A DNA stretch of 64,000 bases from Octopus vulgaris. Its lineage: Eukaryota. The DNA lies in NCBI GenBank assembly GCA_951406725.2, contig OX597817.1:106516001-106580000 (forward strand), written 5' to 3'. The notes beneath the pieces were generated by a model that was not told the origin of the DNA, did no database searches, and saw nothing but the letters and a program-made list of their open reading frames with translations. This document shows positions 53,471 to 64,000 of the stretch, one piece after another (the stretch's first letter is position 1; the number at the start of each line of letters is the position of its first letter). The translations under genes and the position numbers were made by a program.

Positions 53471-55478
53471 TCAGCATCATCAGCATCGTTTAACGTCCGT
53501 TTTCCATGCTAGCACAAGTTGGATGGTTCGACCGGGGTCTGGGTAGCCAGGAGGCTGCACCATGCTCCAGTCTGATATGGCAGTGTTTCTACAGCTGGAT
53601 GCCCTTCCTAACGCCAACCACTCTGTGAGTGTAGTGGGTGCTTTTTACGTGCGACTGGCACAGGTGCCAGGGGAGTCTGGCAGTGGTCACGATCTGTTGG
53701 TGCTTTTTACGTGCCACCGGCACAGAAGCCAGTCAAGGCGGCACTGGCATCGGCCACGTTCGGATCTATATCCACCTGCTTGGGGAGAAACCGCTTCTAG
53801 CTGCATCTGATAGGCAGTCTCAACATCACACTTTCAGTTGCAGTTGAAGCTGGAGTTTTAGTGGTAAACCAAAGTGAGCACTCATACCACATAACCTATT
53901 ACATTACATGAGTTGATGAACACTCCTTATATATATATATATATATACACACACACATACATTCCAAAATGTAACTACATGTGGATTATTGGTGATTTAT
54001 TTTCCTCCATCTTCCTTTTCTCTTGTAATTTCCTGTCTACTGTTTCTGAAGAAGAGCTTTGCTCGAAATATAAAACACCCTTTTTTTTCTTCTTTGAGTA
54101 TCTTATTAATACTTTGCATGTACCATGTCCTCATGTTGTTGTTTTTTCTTCGTTTTTTTTTTTGATTAACTATATATACAAACACACACATCATCATCAT
54201 TTAATATCTTTGTTGCTGTCATGGGTTGAATGGTTTGACAAGGATCTGGTAAGTCTAAGAACTGCTTCTATGGTCAGATGCCCTTCCTAACTCCAACCAC
54301 TTCACAGTGTGTATCGGGTGCTTTTTTCATGCCACCAGCACTACTGAGGTCACCATGTAGCTCATAAGTCTATAACTCTGAGGAGGTGGGGTACTGCATC
54401 CTTATGTTAAGTGGGGGTGAAGGTATTAAAAAAGAGGCTGGAGTAGAACAGGTTCTTGTAGAGGGTCTACATGGCTACTCACATTTAGAAAAGAGAGTGA
54501 AAATGAATGGATGTTGCCTCTCAAGGAGATAGTTAGTGGGGATGAGGTGTCCAGATGGCAACTCATGTAGGGAGAGTAGTGAGTGAGTGTATGGGAGAAA
54601 AGATTGGGAAAGTGGAAGGGATGGAGGTAGGTAATATCTGTTAAGATTGGAAAGGTTTGAGGGTTGTGGATGCACAAGTTGGGGAGGGTAGAGGGATGCT
54701 AACAGCAAGTCAGTGATGCTGATACCATTGACAGATGAATAATAGAGATGGTGTGTTTCGGTAGGCTGCAGGAGTGGAGTAGAGAGATAGACAAGTGTAG
54801 TACATGAGGCGTAGTACATGAGGGAAGTTGGGGTGGAAAGGCCACTGTAACATGAAGGTGTGAATGTGGAGAGTGGTTAACAAGTGAGATGGTCCTGGAT
54901 AGAAAGAGAGGGGAAATGGTGTTGGGAGTGACAAAAAGCTGCAGTAGGGGAGGTGCAGGGGGAAGGGCGATGTGAGGGAAGGGGATTGATTGATTGAGGT
55001 GCTCACACACACACAAAAACATCTATTATATATGTATGTTCACACACACATACACACAAATATATATGAATATATATATTATACCTACACAATGCTTCCA
55101 GAGGTCAGTTTTGCTGTGATGGGCAGGTTTTCACAAGAATCTTGCATCACCAGATATCCTAGTCCTTTGTCTTTTCCTCAGAGAGGCTCAGAGTCTTAAG
55201 GTCAGCCTTCACCACTTCATCCCATATCTTCCTGGATCTCCCTTTTCTACTAGTTCTCACTGTAGCAGAGCTACATATTGTATAGTAATATGTGAGTTGA
55301 CCTGCACAGCAGATGAATATATCGATGAGGCATCTAACCTCACTTTGATACACTAACTTCACTTTGATCCAGTAGCCTTGTTCTGAGACACTAGCCTCGT
55401 TCTGAGCCACACTGTAGAAGTATCTCAGTTCCTGCCAGATTTTGGTCAAAGAAACATGTCTTTTCTGTAGCTCCACAT

Positions 55479-55808
55479 GCAGTTTCCCATGTGCAATTCA
55501 TATGTCTATTCACCTCGACACAAGATATATGGTTCGTAAACAAAGATATTTTATCACACCATACATTCTCAAAATGACTTCGCATTATACACATGCATAC
55601 ATACTGTAATAAAAATATTATATGCTACTTCTTTCAGGGCATAAGCAGTCTCCCATGTGTGACTCACATGTCTATTTACCTCAACATGAGCTATATGGTT
55701 CGTAAACAAAGATACTTTATCACACCATGCATTCTCAAAATGACTTCTCATTACACACATGCATACATACTGTAATACAAATATATGTTACTTTTTTCAG
55801 GGCAAAAG
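55479..55808. repeat. tandem duplication, about 166-nt unit, two copies
   Basis: Copies start GCAGTTTCCCATGTG (55479) and GCAGTCTCCCATGTG (55645); high identity. Confidence 0.9.
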
Positions 55809-56029
55809 CAAAAATCAAAACTTTTTTTGTATACAAACACACATGTTTTTGTATCATACTACATGTTTCCACCACAAAAGGTGAACTCAGAATAAAAAAT
55901 TTATTTATATACAAAAATGTCTTATGGTGATTCCTACTAACTGTTTTTCCATTTAATAACACACACCTGAACAGCCAACGACAGCCACTACAAAATCACA
56001 ACATTTTGGGATCAGCATTTCTTTATACA

Positions 56030-56810
56030 GATGCCCTCATCCATATGCATGAAGTGTCTATACCAGTGCAGTCTTCTTTCTTGCACACATCTGATTCCTC
56101 ATATGCCCATTCTATCTCTTAGCACACTTATACTGTTATTCATGCACACTTACATTGCATATCCAATGGATCATACTTCATTTCTTTCTAGTTTTCTCAT
56201 GTCCTCTACATTCAAAGCCCATGTCTTACTACCATGCAGCACTGCAGTTCTAACATAAGCATCATACAATATATCTTTCACTTGGTGGAAAAAGACCTTT
56301 CTTGCCAGCAGCAGTAATAGCTTCCTAACCTTTTCCCAACTCATTCTTACTCTTGCCACTATACTTTCAGAGCAACCACCTCCCTTGTGGATGACATCTC
56401 CTATGTAGCAAAAACTATTAACTAGTGAGCCATCCAGGCATTTAAGGGGCTCTATTTCTGATGCATTCATGGAACATATTTTTCTTGCGCATCTATGACA
56501 TATGAAGTTTATGTTCTCTGATAGTCTGCCTGTAATTCCATTACATCTCGTGTGTGTCTATAGCTTACACTCAGTGCAGCATATGGAGATCATCCACACT
56601 TCTTTTCTGCTCATCAAGCAAGGCAATTTCCCTGTTTTCTTTCTTACTTACTAAAACTTTCATCTTTGCAAAATTGACCTTAAGACCTTTCAACTCTAGA
56701 TTTAGCTTCTATGTCTGGAATTCCTCTCTAGATTCAGCTATGAAAAGTAGATCATCAGCATATAATATTTCCCATGGACAGCCAGTCTTAAACTCTTCAG
56801 TGATGACCTA
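56030..56810 (-). mobile_element. RTE-clade LINE reverse-transcriptase fragment
   Basis: Minus strand has GCPWEILYADDL and SFCYIGDVI...GGGCSESIVARVRMSW...LYDAYVRTAVLHGSKTWAL. Confidence 0.8.
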
Positions 56811-57344
56811 TTCCACTTCTTTTCACTCGATGCATCATTGGTCATCCTTCAACCTTTATCAGCCATTCACTATATTCTTATCCACCATTCACCACCCATC
56901 AACCCTTATTCAATCTCTACAGTTATCACCCACTCTTCATCCATTCAACACTTGTTCTTCATTCATTTTACTACCCCTCACCCATTCTCACTTTCTCACT
57001 CTCCACTGCACTCTTGTTGCCTCTATCCACTCACACTTCCTGTTCTTCTGCTTCCCATTCACTTCTACTCACCATGTACCTTGAAGCTTCACACAGACAC
57101 CTCATCACCACTACTCCCATTTCTTTTCAGCTGCAACTTCATCACCGACCAACATCACCTTCTTTTCTAAAATGCAAATAGCCATGTAGCCCCTCTGCAG
57201 CAAAAAACCTGTTCTGCGCTGACTCCTCTCATACTTTAACTCCTCATCTTCTAAAATAAGGTACTTCTCTTGGAGCTCATAGTTTTCAAATTGAAGAAAC
57301 AATGGAAAAAGAGAATTATTATCAATGTTTTGTATAAAAGTCAT

Positions 57345-57880
57345 TTGAAAAACAACTGGGATTCTGACACTCTTGGATCTTCATGCAGAACAATGATCCC
57401 AAGCACACCTCACTTTTAATCCAAATTTGGTTGAAAGAAAATGAGATAGATGTACTCCCATGACCAGCTCAAAGTCCTGACTTAAATCTGATAGACAATT
57501 TATGGTGGGAGCTAAAGAAAAGAATGAAAGCAAGAAAGCCATCTAACTTGAAGCAGCTGAGTGAATATGCAATTAAAGAATGGGCTAAAATTCTTTCTGG
57601 TCTGTACCTGAAGCTAACTGAAAACTATCCTCACAGATTGAAGAAAGTTATTAAGCATAAAGAATATACTATTGATTGTTAATCATCAAATGTTGTAGAG
57701 AGTGAATAATTTTAACCTTCCAATTATTTTGTTTATCTGTTTTGCTTGTCAAAAATAAATTGTTTTGGAAATTTAACTTTTGTTTGGTGTTCCTTAAACA
57801 GTTGAGCCTATTCTGACCAAAAATTATTCATGCAGACACTAAAAAACCATTTTTGACAAGGGGTACCAATAATTGTCTCC
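57345..57880 (+). mobile_element. Tc1 transposon 3' fragment
   Basis: Reads FMQNNDPKHTS...PAQSPDLNLIDNLWWELKK (Tc1 DD34E C-terminal motifs). Confidence 0.8.
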
Positions 57881-57923
57881 AGCTTATATCCTGACCGGCC
57901 ACCAGATAGGTTGGTGGCCATAA

Positions 57924-58036
57924 ATCTCATCTCACCCCCCCACCCTCTAACTAAATTCCTAATACACTTCCGCCTCTTTAATCTCATCTCACCCCCCACC
58001 CTCTAACTAAATTCCTAATACACTTCCGCCTCTTTA
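57924..58036. repeat. near-perfect tandem duplication, about 57 nt, two copies
   Basis: ATCTCATCTCACCCCCC(C)ACCCTCTAACTAAATTCCTAATACACTTCCGCCTCTTTA occurs twice. Confidence 0.9.
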
Positions 58037-58564
58037 ATGGTTCTGCTTTTTTCCATTCAAGGCCAGCTTTGGCTGGCAAATAGATGCATTCCCACTTGCA
58101 TATAGGTTGTTCTATTGTTTTGAAATTATATGGATCATCTGATAAATACAGTTTCTTTTACTGTGATGCTGTGTACTCATCAAATAAAAAATACATAAGA
58201 AACAACTGTAATGAACTGACTTTTATCCATCATCGGTTATTTTTCTTTGCTAATAATACACCAAAGAGATTCATGACCTGTTGGGCTTCCTAGAGTATAC
58301 CAAACAGTGTGTGATCTGCACAACACAAGATTTGGACTAGCCCCTAGGCATTAAATACTCGTAGTGGTGGATTTTCTCTGTGCACAGCCTAAATATTTCA
58401 CTGGATTAATTCAGTACCCAGTTTATGGATCTGACTAAAGGTGGTGCTTATAGGTTAAATCAACCCAACCTGATGCATACTATTTAAGTACTCGATTCTC
58501 TCCGGAATCCTTTATATTGTTTTATACATACATACATTATATATATATATATATATAGGAGGAG

Positions 58565-58905
58565 GAGGAGGAGACCCCCTTCAGTCATGAATGACCATGG
58601 GATTGCACCTAGAAAGTTACCCTCTGAGGCACAAGTCAGGGCAAGATTGTTTGTGGAAGGCTAGCAGTTGCCCATGCATACCAGCCTCCCCTCTCCACAC
58701 CACTAATGTTATCCAAGGGAAAGGCAAAGGCCAATACAACTTGGCATGAGTGACGAGTGACATCGCAAATTAATTTCTACAGCTGAGTTAACTGGAGCAA
58801 TATGAAATAAAGTGTCTTGCTCAGGAACACAACATGCAGCCTGGACCAGGAATCGAACTCACAACCTCACAATCATAAGCTCTATGCTCTAACCATGCGC
58901 CTTCA
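58565..58905 (-). mobile_element. tRNA-derived SINE
   Basis: CTGGAGCAATATGAAATAAAGTGTCTTGCTCAGGAACACAAC...GGAATCGAACTC (reverse-complement B box). Confidence 0.7.
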
Positions 58906-58906
58906 C

Positions 58907-58937
<31 letters not shown>

Positions 58938-58980
58938 TTCTAGTTTCAGCTCAGAGCTGCGGCCATGCTGATGCACCGCC

Positions 58981-59017
<37 letters not shown>

Positions 59018-62000
59018 CAATAATTTTCACACAACAAAAACAGCACATAAAAGCAAAAATATCCACAATGTATTCAAATTGTAAGAATACTTTTAAAAAC
59101 TTAAAAGAAGAAAAAACGAATAAGTAAAGCACACTAAACTTGAAATGGTGAACTCAAATCCAAATATCACAAAATTAGGAAGAGGAAGAAGGTGAATGTA
59201 AACAAAACAAATTATTCACATCCCAGATGATTAACATTTGTATAAATGAAATATTCTATGAAACACCTTGCATAAAATGGAAAAGAATAAAAAGGGAGGA
59301 AAAATAGCCATGAAAATCTTGAACAAGAAACTGAATAGCCAGTCACTGTGAACAAGGAAACTTTAAAAGAAAATAGAAAGGACTTAGCTACATAAACAGA
59401 AATATCGTATATATAGTGGGTTGAAAATCCCTTTTGGATGGAAAAAGTTGAAAGCTGCTCATAAGACTCAAATCCACATCTCTTGTAGCATTTATGTGCT
59501 CCAAAGTTCAATTCTCCAAAAGAATTATTTTGCATGCTCTCAGAAGTTTATAAATTTTTATGGCGTGAATAACAAAAAAACATATTTAGCATCATTTTTA
59601 CCTTTTACTGGTTTCAGTCACTTGAAAGGTTTTTCTTTTAGCCAAGCAAATTGACTCCAGTACTTATTCTGGTGATCTCTTTTACCAAACTGTTAAGTTA
59701 CAAGAATGACAACAAACCAACACTGGTCATCAAATGGTGGTTGTGGTGGTGACAGATGCACACACAAAGACACACACACACATGCAACAGGTTTCTTTCA
59801 GTTTCTGTCTCACTGGGTACAACAGTTACAAGACAGGTATCCTTAAAACAAAACAAACAAAATCAACCTTTCTCTTTGCTCTTTTTGTCTCACCATGGTA
59901 GAATGTTGGCAAGTGTCACTACTTTTTTTTTTTTTTTTTGGCAAACATCACTCAAAAACCAACAGAATCTCTTTTTCTTTGAATGGAACTATCATTTCAG
60001 CCACTCTTGAACATATAAACACATTTAAGCTGAACAAGAAATCAATTTACTGTATCTCATTTTCCACCAGTTTTCAGTACCACACTGGTTTCTTCTGATT
60101 ACCTCAATGATGTTACCCATGTGTCACCCTCAAAAGGAACTTTAATTCAACAAGATATGCTTAATGCTTTTTCTACATCATTGAGTTACACGTTGAGCTT
60201 TACAAACACATTTTCTATATCACCCATAATTTGAAGTTAATAATGTTTCTCTATATACATTTCTATCTAATACAAACCTTTATTTCAATTATCTGTGGGA
60301 AAATATATGCACTTTAATAACGTTGAATTACAGTACCAATAAACCAGAAGAGGCCTGTATGATTGTTAGATTCTATTGGATGTACAGATATAAGAGCATG
60401 TACATTATAATAGTTCTTTTGTATCTTTTGTGTATCACCAGAAGTGTGTGTGTGTGTGTGTCTGTGTGTGTGTTTCGTCAGTATTGTCATCGACAGAGTG
60501 GGATAATGTAGGGAGTAAAGAAGAGAGTGATTGAGTGAATGGTAGTAATTTACAAAATCGGTGGGAAGTAAATGCTTAAACGAAATTCTAAGGAAATATT
60601 GATTTCTAACAAAGGTACAATGCCACGAATTTTAAGGAGGGGAATAATCGATTTTATCAAATCAGTATTTTATTTTATTAACCCTGGGAAGATGAAAGAC
60701 ATAGTTTGACCACGTTAGAATTTGAACTCAGAACACGATGAGACACAATTAAACACAGCAAGGCAGTTTGTTTGATTCTCTTCTAGTTCTGCCAATTCAC
60801 ATTCCAAGGGAATATTGATCGACATTTAGCGTAGGCTGGAAGTCGAATGGAGTCGCTCCGAGACTGGTAAGTGTGCTTATTTTTCGGTTGTTTGCGCAAA
60901 TTAACAGTTTCTTGAAACATGTTCCAAATACCTAGTTATAAAAATACTATTTCAGTGTGATTAATCCATGCCTGATCAATTGAGGAAATGAACAATAAGA
61001 AGTAGGAAAGATAGTAATAGAATGGTTGCTATTGTTTCCCAATTGAATTCATGTCAGCAATTTGTCTAGAAAATCCGTTAGATGAGATCAATCTCCTTTG
61101 TAATTATTAAGTCAGGTGTAAAGATTGTAAATAGTGACGATTTAACAGTAATACATTTGGCATATTGCTTCACATGCTAAGGTTCTTTTTAGGTGAAATG
61201 ACAAATAAATACATCCTTGTTCCTCTCTAAAGAAAGAAACAACTACCTGTGTGTTTAGGAAGAAAGTTATTGACATGTAAACACTAATGTAGGGTTCGGA
61301 GACTGGAGGAGGCTTGATTAGTATAAAGATTACGATTTCTTCCCTTATTAATTGACACAAAATACACCGAATTCAGAGTATGCTTCATAATTATTTTATC
61401 AACAAACAGAAGGATAAAAGACATTGTTGATATATGTGAGATATGAACTCCCAATCAAATGAGACAAAAATACAGCGTAATAATAGATTTCATCCAAAAC
61501 CTCATGCTTCAATCACTTGTCATCCTCTGAAGAGGCTCGAAATAATAATTGTAGGGATAATGAAGATAATGACAGCCAGTAAAGGTTAATTATAGATGAA
61601 AACAGTGTAGTAAGACGGTTAATTATATAACACCTAATAATGACAACGATGTTTTATTTTAGCCGATATCAGTCAGCATTCATCTAATTAGTTGGAAAGA
61701 TTCATTCTGAAGCTGTCCGAATTTAAAGGTTAAAGTCCCTATAACGACTGTGATGTGAACAACAGTCGAACTGTTAGTAGTTTCAATACCTCATGCCAAC
61801 CGTTGTCTAAATCCTGTTAGTTACTTTTATTTTGTTGTTCTTTACTCCCTGATCGAACAGAACGAGCTTTAATCAAAGGCTTTCCCACAGTGACCATCTC
61901 GTCTTGTTTTCAGACAGTATATCTATGACTGCATTGTCCAATGACTTTCGTTTTCTGTTGTTGTTGTTTTTTATGACGATAGATTATGATTGGAAAAAAG

Positions 62001-62670
62001 AATTTTGGCTGCTATTTCCAGCAGATTTAGCAACCGCACATAGACTCCTTCATTGCTTTTGTTGCTTTCTTTGGCATTTTTTTTTTTTTTTTGCAGAAAT
62101 TGTTTACAGCATCGTTGCTGTTCTAAGAAATACGTAACACTCAAATATTGTATGTGAAGTTGTATTGTGTATGAAAGTACTACAGGAGTGTTGTGTAGTG
62201 CTTGGAACAATCTTATATATTTATATTCTATTGTCCAACTGCTTGTTGCGTCGGATTTTAATCCTTTCTTCTGGCACTGCGTGGTAGTTAAGAATAGTTC
62301 CACACTTTCTGTTGCTCAACACAGTAACGAAACACTCTGACAATTAAAATTTCCCTCCTGCCATATGGAATTATTATTGTCTCCTTGTAATTTCTTTAAT
62401 GGGCTTTTCTCGCTTTTATATTTCTAAGCCTAAAATTGTGTCGGGTAATTTCTAATTTAAACTTACTTTTATTTTATTTCAGGCATTTGAATATGAACTA
62501 ATAATCTAAATAGGTACTTGATTATGGATTAAAATATACAACACAATTTTTTTTTAGAAAGAATATAGAATTGAGATGAAAACATGCCAAAATTGGTTGC
62601 TTTGTATAACCATATATAATAAATTATATTCATATGAAACCAAAAGTTACCAACAAAATTTCCTAAAATT

Positions 62671-64000
62671 ATGCCTCGTAAACAATTTCAAGCAATTTTC
62701 CTCTTCGGAGGGTTTTTAGTATCTTTGTTGTGTATAACCTCTTGGATGGGTACAAGTATAGAGAACAAACTAACTCTGAATAAAAAACATTATGATTCTG
62801 GTCATCATTTTGAAGATTTCAGGAGAAGTTTATTAATGAGTAATCCATCAAGTACTAAAAATGATTTCCCTACTATTCAACAATGTCATTTTTACAACAT
62901 TTCTAATCGAAATGTTTGTTATGTTCAGATAAGATGTTACCAGAATGACAGTTGGAATTTCTGCCTAAATATATCTTGCCATAATTGCAATCACCATTAT
63001 TTAGAAAAGAAAGCCGCAGCATTTCAGTATAAGATCTTAAAAGAACCTAAACTGAGGCAAGACAAGCTATGTCAACTTCTTGAAGATTATTATGTTTCCA
63101 AAAAATATAATTCCTCAGGACAAAGTATTATCCGCTGTATGGTATGCAATCAACTGGACAGAAAACTAAAATCAACCAAACAATTTAATTCTATTAGCTC
63201 CAAGACTAATTGTAAACCTGTAGAAAAAGAAAACAGAACTACATCAAATATACATCTGATATATTTTCGATTTTTCTCCCGTCAAGAATTTAAGAGTAAA
63301 TTTCACCAAACTCATACCCAGTTAATGAAAATAAATAATGAAAATATTGCTCATGTCTATAATTTTGCTAAGCATCAAAGTACAAGAGTTCAATATTCTG
63401 CAGGATTATATCAACTGCTCTGTGGTGAAACCTTTGATTTGAATATTAATGAAGAGTCCCTATGCTCACAGTCATTGGCTAAAACAGCTACTAAGTATGG
63501 TTATCAAACTTTCCTTTTTGACCATACATGTGAAGAATCAACTTCTGAGAAAATCAATTTTTTATTTACAAAGTTTTATCAGGGTTTTGATTACAACACT
63601 AAAGGATCTTCACCTACGTTCTACAATGACCTGCCACCCAACCTACAAGAGAAAACTTGCCACAAAAGCAATTCTGATAAAAAAGTAGAAATCTCTGGAA
63701 GTGGTATTTTTGATTATCACCAAATTGTTAACAAAGAAAGCAATGGCAAATATATTCTGTTATCCATACTAAGAACATCTGATGTAGCTAACTCTCAATT
63801 AAGAGTTATTGACTCTCAGTTAGCCAAAGTCATAGAAGATTTAAGTAAGCAAAAAGATTCTGTTATTATATTAACTGGTGACATTGGCCATGGATGGAGT
63901 GTATCTGGCTGGAATAATTCAAAAATTACCCAGCTTTCAAATCCACCGCTGTACTTAGTGCTCTCAAAACAGTTTCAAAAGAAGTTGGGGAAAATTAGAG
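62671..64000 (+). CDS. DUF229-like / alkaline-phosphatase-superfamily type II membrane protein, truncated by the window end
   Basis: Stop-free from ATG 62671 to the window end (443 codons), with in-frame stops upstream. N-terminal hydrophobic anchor AIFLFGGFLVSLLCITSWM, Cys-rich stem, then NIHLIYFRFFSRQEF, LYQLLCG, KYGYQTFLFD, IDSQLAKVIEDL..DSVIILTGDIG and NPPLYLVLS in DUF229 motif order. Acceptor ttttatttcag ends at 62482. Confidence 0.75.
   Translation, partial: MPRKQFQAIFLFGGFLVSLLCITSWMGTSIENKLTLNKKHYDSGHHFEDFRRSLLMSNPSSTKNDFPTIQQCHFYNISNRNVCYVQIRCYQNDSWNFCLNISCHNCNHHYLEKKAAAFQYKILKEPKLRQDKLCQLLEDYYVSKKYNSSGQSIIRCMVCNQLDRKLKSTKQFNSISSKTNCKPVEKENRTTSNIHLIYFRFFSRQEFKSKFHQTHTQLMKINNENIAHVYNFAKHQSTRVQYSAGLYQLLCGETFDLNINEESLCSQSLAKTATKYGYQTFLFDHTCEESTSEKINFLFTKFYQGFDYNTKGSSPTFYNDLPPNLQEKTCHKSNSDKKVEISGSGIFDYHQIVNKESNGKYILLSILRTSDVANSQLRVIDSQLAKVIEDLSKQKDSVIILTGDIGHGWSVSGWNNSKITQLSNPPLYLVLSKQFQKKLGKIR

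Noticed and set aside
54426-55022. Several overlapping 80-115-aa minus-strand ORFs
   Set aside because: Low-complexity purine-rich retroelement-associated sequence, with a similar block at about 56820-57250; no coding signal.
59212-59535. 107-aa minus-strand ORF
   Set aside because: No recognisable motifs or splice context; composition typical of AT-rich non-coding DNA.

Overview
AT-rich, repeat-laden eukaryotic DNA, very probably octopus (coleoid cephalopod), judging from the tropomyosin protein sequence and the SINE content. The main feature is a + strand tropomyosin gene (about 7.0-35.0 kb) that the ORF track almost entirely misses. It has a short-isoform first exon (1b-type, 41 aa) preceded by two CArG boxes, constitutive exons 3 and 7, and tandem arrays of same-length, same-phase duplicated exons: four exon-4 copies (118 nt), two exon-5 (71 nt), three exon-6 (76 nt), two exon-8 (70 nt) and two terminal exon-9 versions. 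That gives up to 96 in-frame isoforms per first exon. One path reproduces the canonical cephalopod muscle tropomyosin (residues 81-284). The other exons are strongly divergent and cysteine-rich but keep the heptad register. I did not find the long-isoform first exon(s) (aa 1-80); they probably lie upstream of the window. The 36-60 kb region is mostly decayed Tc1/mariner elements, RTE-type LINE fragments, tRNA-derived SINEs, a solo LTR and microsatellites. From 62671 an uninterrupted ORF of at least 443 codons runs off the window end; it resembles a type II membrane DUF229/alkaline-phosphatase-superfamily protein with degenerate catalytic motifs. Exon numbering follows vertebrate TPM convention and all calls were made by eye.
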